Shown here: in pieces, positions 49,106 to 62,161 of the stretch | Layout of the letters: each line of letters opens with the position of its first letter | Position numbering within the stretch: the stretch's first letter is position 1 | NCBI GenBank assembly: GCA_964106915.2 | Contig: OZ066929.1 | DNA from: Podarcis gaigeae | Lineage: Eukaryota | Direction: 5' to 3' (one strand) | DNA: 64,000 bases | Made by a program: the position numbers and the translations under genes | The notes under the pieces: model-generated | The model's database searches: none | Told to the model about the DNA's origin: nothing | What the model saw: the letters and a program-made list of their open reading frames with translations, nothing else

Positions 49106-52100
49106 CGGTTTGAGGAAACAAACCGTTAGCCCTGGTTCAGATGTCATGGTAAGCCAAACCATGGCTCAGCTCCTAGCAGCACAGCAAGATTGAAATGCTC
49201 CTGGTTTTAGCAGCATGCACTAGCATGCTGCATATCCACCTTTAAACCATCCTTTAATTTAACTGTGGTTTCAAGCGATGTGCAACTACCTGTTTGGCCC
49301 TAAGTTGTTATAATAAAATCTTAGATCACTTCTGTGCAACCTTTCCATGTAAACATACTAAAGATTAATCTGAAGATTAGTGAACATCTTTAGTGATTCC
49401 ATTCACTTGACCTCTCCCCTCCTATGCTGTGCAGTGCTACCTGGGGTGCAGAATAATTGCCATTTTTCATGTTGGCTGTCATACCTTATTGCTAAATATA
49501 AGATCCGTAATGAAGGGAAATCACTTCCAGAAATTTGGAGGCATGAGGCAAGCAGGAATCTCCAGAAGGCAGCCAGAGAAAAAAGAATCAATACAGAAAC
49601 GTTTGTTTTGTTTTTCTAAACTGATGGTGAGTAAACCTGTCCATAACTGGAAACCTTGACATTTTGTAGTTTTTTAAAATAAAAAGTGCTGTCCAGAAAC
49701 AACCTTAATGTAACTTCTTCCAAGTGTTCTCCAGTATGAAGGATGAGCTTTAAGGGTCTTGTTGCTTCAGATACAAAGAACTGCCATTTCCATTATCTGG
49801 CAGACTTACTTTACTCTTAAGAGGTTTACCAGAAACTGTGTGCAGAATCATAATGAATTACTTCAGGTCCTGCATAGGAAGAATATCCTGTGGTGTTCTC
49901 TAGATTTAAACTGGGACATATCTCCCCTACTACCTCTATGTTATGAATTAATTCATGGAGCATTATTGCTGTTTGTACCATCTCAGAACTACAAAAGCGG
50001 AGATATTATCAGGTTGCGTTTTCAAGTCATGTGGGACGGTTTCAAAACATTAATTGGTAGAAATCCAAGTGCTCACGAAGGGAAAGAACAAAATGCAACA
50101 TTTACATAGACAGATTTAATGCAGTGAGTGGTATTAAAGATGCCAAGTGTAATAAATCAGCAGGCAGCCTTGAGAAAACAGGCAGATCCCCTCCAGCATC
50201 GAGGAAAATGTTACATAAAATATTTTAACATACTGAACAATTTGTTCTACGTTGTCATTTCTGAGTGTGGTTTTTAATGGGTTTGGTAAAAAGAAAGCCG
50301 ACTCGTATTTATGTTCTGCAAGCAGATGTGGTGAATCTGCCACCTTTTAAAAAAAAAATTTAAGGGAAATATTGAGAGATAATGGAAGCCTTTTTGTCGA
50401 CTTCCTTGACCACAAAGCAACAGGAGGTAACGTTGGAGAAGCTTCCTCATAACAGTGTGGCTCAAGAAAGTGGCCGTAACACATGAGAGTGGCTCAGCAG
50501 CATGGGCTGCCACCATGGTGTACACCAATCTCCACCAATCTGGTGTCCCCCTCATGCTTTGGACTACAAGTCCCATCAGTGTACCCCGAAAGATCTGGAG
50601 GGTGCCAGTTTGCCTTAGGCTGTGCAAGCAGTTTCCGTGTCTGTGCTGACTCTGCCCCTGCAATTATCCATGTTATAACTGCTACATGGAAGTGTGGCTC
50701 AGCATAGGAAGACTGAATCTCCCTTCTCTCTGAAGGATACACCTGTGACAGAGTTTGAGATCCTCTTTTCCTCCGTCATTATATTAGCTTTCCTGATGCT
50801 GCTGAATGCTTCAAAAATAAATTTGGGATACAGCAGGAGCTGAATTGGAAAACGGCTAGTGCTTGCTTGCATGGCTCAAGCCACTGAGCTGTGAAGGAGA
50901 GGCTTTGAAGGCTGAGGATTAAAATCTGACTTATTTCTGTTTCCAAATGTGTAATTTAGAAGTGGCTTTAAAAAAAATAAAAATCCTTCTGTCTCCATGG
51001 AGGTCAGAGTCCTAGTATGAATGATGGCATCATTTTGCTACTTTCCGAACGGAACATGAAATAATGTTGGCTCTCAGTTAACAATTGGGTTAATGTCTCT
51101 TTGTGTTGATTCCACTTCACCCCCCTAAAAATAACTTACTTTAGAAAGCAGCCTGTTGCATCATTAAGAGAGGCTTTATCTGCGCTAGCATTAATTCAGG
51201 TTGCCTATGAGTCATGTCTTTTATTCTTTCTTAACCACTTAGTTTAATATGTCATCTTCGGGTGCAAATAAATGAGTAAACCTGTTCCCACCAGAGGTTT
51301 GCTATCCTGTCCCCTTTCCCAGCCCTGCCAATTTTTTCCATGTTTATCAAAACATACCATACACAGTGGCCCTGCATTTGTGGCTCCTTGTGCAGGGCAG
51401 ATCCCAAGGAAGTTATCTGGTAATTAAATCCCCAAGCTACAAATGTGTTATTGCCACATGGAACGAACCATTTATATACTACCTTCTGTTTCTTTAATAA
51501 TGGGCTGGGCTTCTTCCTAACCCTGATGCTTTTGTACACTTGCATTTTCTAGAAAGCTGCACTTCTGGTGCTGTGAATCTTGAAATCAATGTGGCTGCAA
51601 TCACACACCCCATGAAGTATAGTCCCAGTCAAAGAAAGTGTAGAGAACACTACACTCAGGAATCTAGCAAGTATTTCATTGTGTCTCTTAAACAACAACA
51701 GAGCAGGAAACTCCTGACCCAACACAGACACAGCTAAATTCAGTGCCATCCAGTAATTAAATAATACCATGAAACTATCCATGCAGCCTCAGGTACAGAA
51801 TCCATGGCTATGGAGAGATTATGGGGTGGGGAACTCAGCTTTCAGTGTTTTTTAAAGGAGGATTCTAGTCCTTATGAGAAAACTATGGATAGTGCAAATT
51901 ATAGAGTGGTTGACTCAAATTCCTAGTCAGCTGGCCAAGGTCTCTCATACCCCCCCCCCCAATCTTCTGTTCTTGTTTCCCTTTTAAAAGCTAAACTAAT
52001 AATGTTGGTAGTGCTAATGGTGTGGACAGAAACAAACAGTGTTGTTTGTGTGCGTCATATATATAAAGGACTTTAATGTACCTTCACGCTTGCATGTTGG

Positions 52101-52723
52101 TAGACATGTCTCTCCCCACCCCCAATTATGACCCACAGTTGTTGCATATGTTCAGAGTCATCTGATGTGCAAAGCATCTGTTGCTAATACCACTATTTTA
52201 TTATTTATCAAATCCATTTCTTCATAGAATGGCTAATTTCAGACCCACAGCTGCTCTCGTCATCTTGGTGCAGCTGCTACTTACCGAACAAAGCCAAACC
52301 AGTTTCACATTTGTCAGTCTGTCTCTTTTATTGTGTATTTTGAAAGGACTTGAGTACGTTGCTCCAGTGCCACAGGCCAAGATGTTGAGGGCGGGCAGAG
52401 AGGAGAATCACACTTTAGGACTGCAGCCCTATGCTGAGGAGTAAACCTCACTGTAAACATGCATTACAATTGTGCTGTTTAAAATGTATTTTTTCCTAGA
52501 TCTCTTAACAGCATTGTGTAAATCTGTTCAGCTCTTTTGTTTTAATAATAATAATTTTCTGGCCTTTTGCACCAGAAAAGAACTTGTTAGATTCTGTTTG
52601 CAATCCAGTATAACTCCTGAATCTTCTGATTCTGCCAATTATCTTGTTACCACTTTCCTTTTTGTGTATTTCTTTCTCAGGGTGTACAAGAAATGTAAAT
52701 ATCCTATATCCATACTCATAGGG

Positions 52724-52725
<2 letters not shown>

Positions 52726-52763
<38 letters not shown>
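52726..52763. repeat. (AC)n microsatellite
   Basis: Direct reading. Confidence 0.95.
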
Positions 52764-52765
<2 letters not shown>

Positions 52766-53443
52766 CTTGTAAAGAATTAGGGTCAGCAACAGTTACCTGT
52801 TGTCCTTACCCTTCTTTTCTCCCATTGTGCCCATTCCTTTCACCTACTCTGTGTTTCTCCACACTTCCTGGAAAGAAGGCCAAGATGAAATCAGGATAGG
52901 CAGTTGCCATAGCACAGTCCATCCCATCTTTCCTCCAAGGAGACCAAGTCTCTCCCCCACCCCTCAAATTACCTTTAACATTTGCCCTCAACAGTCCTGT
53001 CTCTGTAATTAACTTCCACATGAATTTCTGGTGGGAATTTCTACTTGGAAGATATAGAAGGCAGAGCTTGGAATGGAGGGGAAATGGATAGATGTACAGG
53101 TTTGGGTATGTCTGCAGAACCTCTTTTCCAAAATGGCCACAATCTATCCTCCTGTGCCATGTATCTCATGAACCAGGAGGCCTGTATACATAAGATGTAT
53201 GTAAATCTCTTTAAGTTTTTATGTGCAGTTAAGTGGGAGTGTGAGGCTTGCAGGGGAAGCAGACTAGACCGGAGTCTATTGTCAGCCAAGTGGAAATTGC
53301 CATCAGTAATTTATTTCCTAGAAAATTTTGCCACAGAGACTGTTCTATATAAGGGTAGATGAGAGGAAGGGAGGGCTGCGAGTGCAGTGCTATGATGGCT
53401 GTCAGTCCCAATTTTCAATAGCTTAAGGCTCTGAAATGCAGTA

Positions 53444-53682
53444 CAGTCATACCTTGGTTTTCGAACCCCTTGGTACGCAGATGCTTCAGCTCCAAACACA
53501 GCAAACCCGGAAATAAATGTTACTGTTTGCAAACACTTTTTGGAAGTCAAATGTACGTTTCGGCTGTTGGCATTGTTTCCGGGGCCAGTCAGCCAATCAG
53601 AAGCCGCACCTTGGTTTGCGAACGTTTTGGAAGTCGAACGGACTTCCGGAACAGATTCCGTTTGACAACCAGGGTGCAACTA
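53444..53682. mobile_element. Tc1/mariner (Tigger-like) MITE, related subfamily
   Basis: TA|cagtcataccttggttttcgaac ... tttgacaaccagggtgcaacta|TA; body motif gacttccggaacagatt shared with the other copies. Confidence 0.75.
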
Positions 53683-53814
53683 TATATGATGTTTATGTTA
53701 TGCAGTGCTCATTGACCTAGTATCCAAACCAATCAGATGTTTGATTAATTAGGTATCACACTGAGGAAGACAGAATGGCACTTTGGTGGATGAACTCTGG
53801 AAGAAGTCTAATGG

Positions 53815-53970
53815 AGAGCCAGTGTGGTGTTATGATCAGTGTGCTGGACTTGAGCTTGAGGATACTTGGGTCTGAATGGGTCTGAAACTCACCTGGGTGA
53901 CCTTGGCTCAGCCATTCTCATTCACAACTGTGCCTGTGTCATGGGGTTGTGTTCTGAGCTACTTGGAGGG
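53815..53970 (+). mobile_element. MIR/CORE-like SINE
   Basis: agagccagtgtggtgttatgatcagtgtgctggact...aaactcacctgggtgaccttgg...ggggttgttg. Confidence 0.6.
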
Positions 53971-54799
53971 GAGTTTACAATACAAATGTGAGAGAGGAAC
54001 AAAACATAGTTCAACCACGTTTGTAACTGCTAAATTCAGAGGACGTGGAGCCTGTTGAAGTCCCATTGCAATCATTGGAGCAGCGCATAGTTGACTATTT
54101 CGGAGTTTGGTGGGGAAACAGACTTTTTCCCATGGAGTTGACGTAAAAAATTGGATAGAAGTTTAGTGTGATTGTAAAATTAAAAGGCAACTGGGGCTAA
54201 GGAGTTTAAATTGCTGCCCGTCTGTTTTCCTGTCTTCAGTAGCAATGGGCAAGAGAGTTGTGTTTTGCCTAATTGTTAGCAAGCCTTGAGCTGAGTTATT
54301 TTCCTCTCTGGAACAGGAAGAGACCCACATTCATGGCAGAATCTTGCACTCAAACTCTTGTTCATATCAACATGACGCTTGGCAAACACAGAAGGTGATG
54401 TCCAAAGTAAGTTGAAAATAGCCATAGGGTGAACTCCCCTTGTCAGGCTTGGAACCTGTGCTCAGAAAACCAAACTAGCTACTGTTGTTGTAGCTTGTAT
54501 GGATTTAAATATATTGCCATAGATACAACTGGTATGATTAGAATGGATATAGTATGGAGTATATTATGGAACTGACAGTGATTTGAAAAGGGAATTTTCT
54601 GTTTGTAATATACACATCCCTCCCACCTTTTCCTCTGGCAAATAGGCTCTGGAGAGTGTTGTATCATTTTAAAAACTTGCGAAATATATTTCACCTGAGG
54701 AGACAGTCAGATAAAATTGTGTTTGTATGTGTTTACATTTCCATGTGCTCAATGATCTTTTAGAAGACATCTGAAGGCAGCCCTGTATAGGGAAGTTAT

Positions 54800-54895
54800 T
54801 TTTGTTTGATGTTTTCTTGTGTTTTTGATATCTGTCAGGAGCCGCCCAGAGTGGCTGGCGCAACCCAGTCAAATGGGCGGCATATAAAGAATAAC
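54800..54895 (+). mobile_element. L2-type LINE 3' tail of the kind common in lacertid genomes
   Basis: gagccgcccagagtggctggcgcaacccagtcaaatgggcggcatataaagaataa (gccgccca/tgggcggc stem); family assignment from recall. Confidence 0.65.
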
Positions 54896-57800
54896 ATTAT
54901 TTTTAAAATTATTATTATTGGCAAAAGAATTGCAATATCTCCTTCACAATCTAGATCTCTCCCTCCCCCCCCCTCTCTCTCACACATGCATACTTGGTTT
55001 ATATATTCCTACTGTCTGGTTTTTTATTGTTTTCATTTGTAAAATACTGTGCACTTATACACTATTTCCCTCTATGACAATTTAGTTGTCTTTTCTTATC
55101 TTTCCCTTGAAATCTTTGATAAATGTGCGTGCTCTCTCTCTCTCTCTATATATATATATAGATGGGTGGTGGTGATGGGGGGGAAAGCGTGCTGCCAGAT
55201 ACCATTATAACGGAGTTGTTGCTGGGTAGGGAGATGGTTGTGAGGGTGAGATGGAAGGGAGAGGAAGCAGGAGATCCTGAATGGGGGGGGGGGGAATAAC
55301 TGCTGCTCTAGTGAAAGGGGGTGGAGGGACCTAGCCAGAGCAATCAAGGTGACCTTAGCAAAGCTGACAGCAAGTTGGATCATCATTTCTGCTAGGTCTT
55401 CCTCAGTTCATTGTTGGGACTATGATGCAAGACCAGAAACAGAACAAAGCAGATGGGAGACATAAAGGAGAAGAAGGAAACAATGCTACTTGCTTGATGT
55501 GAGAGTGAAGAGTTCCATAATCATAGGTTATTTTTCATGAGTATTGGGTGCAGTGCACCTGCAGAATTTTCTGTCTGCAACTATTTCCCTGAAAGGCAAC
55601 TGCACAAGAGTCCACCAGCATCTCGTGTCCATTCCAGTCACTTTCCCAGTTTGTGTGCTTTCTTAAAAGTAAGCTGGAGAGACAGTAAATCTTTTAAAAG
55701 TGGTTTGATAAAGGCATTGCCTCCCAGTGGAGGTAGAACTGCATCTCCAGGAAGGACTGGGAAAATGTCTATCTGAGACCTGCTACTAGTCAGTGTTGAA
55801 AATACTGAACTAGACAGATCAGTGATCTGAAAGCCCACTTCCTTTGTCTCGTATGTGTGGTGAGATAACAACTGGCTCAAGGTCAGCAAGTGAGCCCCAG
55901 GATTGAGTTGGACTTTTAATTTGGGTCACCTGTGTCATAGTCTGACACTCTACCCATTTCACCATTCTGGCCATCTGCATGGGAGGATGTGGCCACTCTT
56001 TTGCCTGATGTCTTCAGCTACAAACCAGCCCTCTTTCAAGGGGGTTTATTATAGCTAGTTTCAGAGATTTGTCTTCTGGACAGCTTTGGGAAGGAGTTGA
56101 ACCCTGAAGAATTGCAACTCATACCAACAAGTCATTCCCAAAAGACAAAACCGGAGACAGCGATTTCTTCGGGGACTGGGAGCAGAAAATGGAGGCTGTC
56201 TTTGGTGAACAGGGACAGTTGGAGCATGTGTCGAACACTGAAAATAGCTTGCTAGCGCAGAGTCTCTTGGAAGGTCACTCACCCAAGGCCACTGTTAGGG
56301 TTGTATTTTTGGTGGTTTGTGGCTGGGAGCAGGCAGAGGAAGAGGAGCATTGTTTCCCTGTGTGCTTTTTGCAGGACGCTGAGCATTTGGATGAGCTAAT
56401 TCCGAGTTGATTCTGGTTTTGAGCAGAACAAGACCTCTACTGTCAAGCGTTTTAATAGCATTTGTGCCCCTTCCATAAACCAATCTCTCCCACCTTGAGA
56501 AGGTGGGGGGAATAAATAATTCACCATCAAAAAAAAAATTGCTGCTTTTTGGAACTGTCTTGTCTCTTTTGAGTTGGGCTTGGAGACAACTAGACAAGCT
56601 TCAATGAAAGCGAATAAAGTGACATTACTTTCCGAGCACAATCTTCTGTTTCCAGTCACTTTTCAACAGACATTCAATCAAAATGCTAATAGCCAAGGCA
56701 ACAGGGGAGTGGGGTTATTGTAATCCTAATTGATAGGCTGCGGGGATGGGTTTTGATAAGTGCTGCTAAAGATTTTGTTTGTATGTGTGTGTGCGAAGTT
56801 CTCTTTTAATTACAGCCACACTAATAAAAAAAATTACAAACAATGTTTTTGATGGTTACCTGCATAAATGGGCTTTTGGAGTTTTGTTTAAAACTTTTTT
56901 TAAGGCCAACAGAACACCAGATATCATCAAATTTACCTTTAAAATAAAGCCATAGCAGAGGCGGTGGTGAATTTTTCTGTGCTGTGGCAGGGGCTACTTT
57001 GCATCAAAATTAAAGCTGTCAGATCTAAAGAGAAGTTGAATAGGGAATCCAATCATTTATTTATACAATAGCCTTTTCATAAAGCCTTTAGCAGAAGCTG
57101 CACAGCAAACCAGCACTGCATTTATATCCTTGGCTTGGGTAATTAGGATCAATTATATCAGTGAGATTTCTATGCTGGAGATGTGGATAAAATATTTGAA
57201 TGAGGTACAATATTGTTTTTGTTGTTTATAGCCAGGTTTTTAGTGACCCTAAAATAGGAATTCCCATACTCTGTGCCAGTAAACAATAAATAATATTAAA
57301 GCTTCTACTGAGCCCACAGGTGGTACCAGGAGGGGCAGGAAAGGAGCTGCCCCCACCACCAGCCTTGTGCTGGACTCAGTGTGATTACTTAAATAAAATG
57401 TTCCTTTCACACACAAATTATGATTGAATCATGAACTGGAAATTAAAATAAGTCTGCAGCCCTAAACATGCTTCCTTGAAAGGTTAACTCCATCAAAATC
57501 AATAGGACTTATTTCAGAGAAAATACATTTAGATGGAGGTCTTAAAGAGAAAAATACTGTTTTTTCCCCTTTCCAAAATCTAATATGTGCAATAACACAC
57601 CCCCCCCGCACCACTCAGAAAGACACATTGCCCTTCTGTGCGCTCCTTAATATTTTTTCCTGCTGCTGTTACTGGAGCACATATCCCCAGGAGCTTCCCC
57701 GTGGTTTCTCTTCATGATCCATTATTCTGGTCATTTCTCCTTCCAGTTGGATTCTACTGATGATTGATTTTTATGAGTGTGATTGAATGATCCAATCTAC

Positions 57801-58769
57801 GCCAATTCAGAGTCATAAGAATTACCAGCTTACAAAGGAGCCTGTCCGCTGCATCTCTGTAAGACTCCCTGGTCTGGCCCACTTCCAGTCAGCCTCCTCT
57901 GAGAATAGTCAGTTTCCTTAAGCTCTGAACAGGGTGTGATTGAATCAGTTGGTCACTTCAAATGCTGAAGGGCAACCATTCCTGCTCACTGCTTGAGCTA
58001 TGACTCTTAGCTTGTCTTCTTCCAAATAGAAGGTATGCTCTGAACATGAATTCTCAGAAAGCAACAGCAGAGAGATTCCTCTGAGGGCAAGCAGCTCTTG
58101 CTGTCACATACCCTAGGGAAAGCTTTTCAGATGTGACAATGAAGTGTGCTACCAGTTTTAATTCAGAAAAAAAGTGCTTTGCTTATCAGGAGTTTGGGAA
58201 ATGTTGCATTAATTGCTTTGATGCCTGACCAAATCAAGACAAGTATTAGAAATAGGAATGTCCTTTATTTTAGTGGGAAGGGAGGAAAGGAAAACATATT
58301 ATCAGTCTTGAGGGTGGGGGGGAGTAGATTCAGGGCTACCTTTTATTCTGACAGTTGTGGGTAAGCCTCTAGCTAAGAAAGGTTATCACATAGTTAGGGT
58401 ACTTCTGCATGACTTAGCTAAAATTTATTGCAAATGTAGTTCAGTGCATCCTAATTACTACAGAAATCTGGCATTTATACACCCCTCTGAAAAATGGGGT
58501 GAGGGCTCAAAGTGCACGTCTACAACCACTAGAGAATTGAACTTTGGTGTATGCCCAGTCCAAAATGATTTGATTATTAGAAAAGACTGATAGGGAGACA
58601 TTTTAAAATCTAATCTGGGACATGGAATCGGCGTGGAATACGGCAAGCCAAATGGCACACAGGCTGGGTCAATGGGAACTCTGTTGCCTCGTCAAACAGT
58701 ACCAGCCTGCCCTGCCGAGTGAGGGTGAATTTAGTTGTATGAGTGTGTGTGAACTTATGTGGCAAGGGG

Positions 58770-58826
58770 CTTCTTCTTCTTCTTCTTCTTCTTCTTCTTC
58801 TTCTTCTTCTTCTTCTTCTTCTTCTT
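58770..58826. repeat. (CTT)19 trinucleotide microsatellite
   Basis: Direct reading. Confidence 0.97.
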
Positions 58827-59113
58827 GTTACATTTTAAAACTGCAGACTCTGTTGATGGTCTTAGCATCAGAACTCTGACAGCTGCCATCATCCTGCACC
58901 CTTTGTGCGTACCTTCATGCTCATTGAATTATTTCCCCTGAAATTCTATAAAATGACTTCCCCTTGATTTACCATCCTATTTTATATATAAAACTTACCA
59001 GTAAAACAACCCGCAGATTACCCCTGGCTGCTGTATGCCTACCTGAATAGGGAGTCTGGCATTACTTTCAGTAAAATTGCAACCCAGGTTTTCACTGTCT
59101 TCTGCGGAAAGGG

Positions 59114-59286
59114 ACATAGGAAGCTGCTTTATACTGACTCATATCAGTATTGTCTACACTGACTGGCAGCAGCTCTCCCGGATTTCAGACAGGGAATCTT
59201 TCCCAGGCCTACCTGGAGATGCTGGGCATTAAATCTGGGACCTTCTGCATGTAAGGCAGCTGCTGTGCCACAGAGCTACAGCCCCA
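59114..59286 (-). mobile_element. tRNA-derived SINE with CR1-like tail
   Basis: acataggaagctgctttatactgactca...cctggagatgctgggcattaaatctgggaccttctgcatg...cacagagctacagcccc. Confidence 0.8.
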
Positions 59287-60108
59287 TTCCTGCTGTAGCT
59301 ATGGATGGAAGTCCTTGCCTATATGTGAGTGCAAATATGAAGCTATGAGTGAGTTAAGGGAAGCAGATTCAGGAGCAAGAGTTGCTTATCAAAAATTAAT
59401 AGAAAACTTGTGCACACTTGCCTGTCCACACTTCTGATGAAAAGAAGCCAGGATTAATTTCTTTTTATTGATTGCATTTATTTCTAAAGTTTTTTTTTTT
59501 TTTAGAATTCACTGTGCTGTATAAATAAATGCATACTGCTTTGTTGATACGCATTGGCTTGTTACCTATACAAATTCAAACGGGGGAGCAAAGACCATCT
59601 GTGTCCATTCCTTAAAAAGCGCCCTGTGCTTAGATAATTTGCAATGGATTAATTGATAATAAAATGGAAGGGAAGATCTTCCCTTAGTTAGCGAGGGAAG
59701 GGGGCAGAAGAGGCTGATCTATCCTGCCTTTCAATTTGTCAAGCTTTCTCTCAAAGATGTGCCAGGGAAGAAAGGGTAATTAATAGGTTTGGAGTCATTT
59801 CCGACATGTCAGTATTTCTGCCTTGCTTCCAAGTGATAATGTTCACTGGCTCCAGGCCTCGAGGGAGCCTTCCGTCTTATTAACTTGTCTAGGAGAAACT
59901 GGGGGTGGGGACAGCTTAGTCCGCTGGGGTGATGTGAAGTGAAGAGTTGCAGTATAGTGCGCTATCAACACCAGCCCTCTCTTTGTGTATATGTGAGTGA
60001 TCAATATTAATATTAATCCTCTTAGAGGTAGCCAATTGTGCTCTGGGCTGCCCTCCCTTGTCGCAGGATTTTTTGCTGCGTTTGGATGCTGGGATGTATC
60101 CACTATTA

Positions 60109-60262
60109 TTATTATTTTTTTTGGAATAAATTGTTATTAAATTTTACACAAATATCTCCAATCATACAATTTCCCAAATAACATATTTTCACCTTTTGAG
60201 CTTCCCTCAGCTTCTCTGACAATCATCCGTATTTAAATTTTTGTCTACGCATTCCTCAAATT
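60109..60262 (-). mobile_element. Short 5'-truncated retroposed insertion (probably L1 3'UTR) with a perfect 19-bp TSD
   Basis: tgggatgtatccactatta at 60090-60108 and 60263-60281; T-rich left end corresponds to an A-rich tail on the minus strand. Confidence 0.85.
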
Positions 60263-60938
60263 TGGGATGTATCCACTATTAGCTTCCTTTGTGGAAACAC
60301 TGAGGATCAGTGCTGTTTTGGACCTAAACTAGTCACCATATTTCATCTTTGGAAGTCATTCTCTTTCATTCCCTCCCCCATCAGCTGGCCTAGTGTCTCC
60401 TGGGTGGCCACACACACTTGTGCATGGCTTAGCTCCCGTGCTTAAAGTCATTTGGAGTGACCTGTTCCCTTCTTGTCAGTCAGCCTCTTTATTATTTAAC
60501 TTTAACTGTTCATCACATAAAATGAGATTAAATAAGGAGTGAAACTGTGACGACGAAAACTGCTGCAGATGTCTTCTTGTGACACTTCAGCCTTGTTCAA
60601 GAGACACGTTAGTATCTAGCGAGTGCATGGAGGGGGAGAGCAGGATTGATTATGCTGTTCTTGCCCCGGACCTCCTTGTCTTCAGTTTGCAGGTGTGTAG
60701 GCCCTGTGTACATGTTCAGCTGAATGTGGAGATATGGCATGTGCAGGGTCATGCTTGCATACCCTTCAACATTTCTCTGATGAAAATAAGGACATCCTAT
60801 TCTACACCAGGAAACTTCTCCCACGTCTGATCTCCCCCACACATAGGCATCATATATGCATTTACACCTGTCAACTTCAGCCAATTACAGCCTCTCTGCC
60901 AAACCTACCTCACAGGATTGTTGTAAAGAAAAAATGTA

Positions 60939-61164
60939 CAGTGGTATCTCAGGTAACAGATGCTTTAGGTTACAGACTCCGCTAACCCAGAAATAGTACC
61001 TTGCGTTAAGAACTTTGCTTCAGGTTGAGAACAGAAATTGTACGGCGGTGGCGCAGCGGCAGCAGGAGGCTCCATTAGCTAAAGCAGTGCTTCAGGTTAA
61101 GAACAGTTTCAGGTTAAGAACGGACCTCCAGAACGAATTAAGTTCTTAACCTGAGGTACCACTG
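60939..61164 (+). mobile_element. Tc1/mariner MITE, same family as 32729, nested in a MIR-like SINE
   Basis: TA|cagtggtatctcaggtaac ... ttaacctgaggtaccactg|TA; preceded by the SINE core acctacctcacaggattgttgt. Confidence 0.9.
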
Positions 61165-61284
61165 TACAGGGGAAGGGATCGTGTACAACACCTTCCACAG
61201 ACAAATTGAATGAAATAAGATTTTAACTGTAAGCTGCCTTGAGTCCCTGTAAGGGAAAAATGTGGGGGGAAACAACAACAACCT

Positions 61285-61344
61285 AGAAGAAGAAGAAGAA
61301 GAAGAAGAAGAAGAAGAAGAAGAAGAAGAAGAAGAAGAAGAAGA
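61285..61344. repeat. (AGA)20 trinucleotide microsatellite
   Basis: Direct reading. Confidence 0.97.
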
Positions 61345-61619
61345 TCAGAGAGTACAATAACGAAATAAACACTGCATTTCATTCAGGGATTTTATTTTCA
61401 GGATGTAAAGGACTTTGGTTTTGTATCTACACACACAACTTTAATTGTTCTCTGAGACAAGGAGAGGAGAAAGGGAAATAGGGACATTGCAGGACAGCTT
61501 CTGTAATTCTGGGACTGTCCCTGGAAAACCGGGACACTTGGAGTGTTTGCATTGACTGTGGACCCCCTTTCTTTCACTTCCACTGAATACAAGTATGCTT
61601 GCTAAATAGAGGCTACTGT

Positions 61620-61621
<2 letters not shown>

Positions 61622-61658
<37 letters not shown>
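61622..61658. repeat. (TC)n microsatellite
   Basis: Direct reading. Confidence 0.95.
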
Positions 61659-61661
<3 letters not shown>

Positions 61662-61949
61662 GCTGGTTTTGTAGGAGAGGGTAGGACAGTGGCTTTGCCT
61701 CTTATGCTGATGTGCCACATAAATGGAACCTTATGATTTATGGTTATATCTGTTTATGGGTAAATCTACACACATGCCACACACCAGAAGAACTCAAGCA
61801 AGTGTCTAGTGGGGGGTGCTTTATTTTATTCTGGAGCCATTGGTTAAGGTCACTTCCAACTCTGGCTGTTTTCAGAAGGGATGTATCCCTACAATGTCAC
61901 TAGTCTGTGTTTTGTGCATTCAGATACTAACTTTTTTTGTACTCTTAGA

Positions 61950-62086
61950 CACTGGCGGAGGAAGAGGAGTGCAGGGGACCGCACTGCCCCCGGCAGCGCG
62001 ATCCTGACAGGGTGCCATTGCGGCTGCCCCCGCAAGCGGTGCACCAGCCGCACCCCCGCCTGCTCTCCACCCCCCCTCCGCCACTG
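61950..62086. mobile_element. GC-rich hAT-type MITE (137 bp)
   Basis: cactggcggagg ... cctccgccactg TIRs (11/12); perfect 8-bp TSD ctcttaga at 61942-61949 and 62087-62094. Confidence 0.9.
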
Positions 62087-62161
62087 CTCTTAGAAGTTCT
62101 GCACCCATAGTTTTCTAGCAAGGGAAAATCCGCCACACATTTGATGTGTATGTAGGAAATA

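Noticed and set aside
29826-61164. Inverted MITEs flanking the exon as drivers of a circular RNA
   Set aside because: They are 31 kb apart, a closer partner exists at 32729, and a 49-nt single exon is too small for efficient back-splicing.
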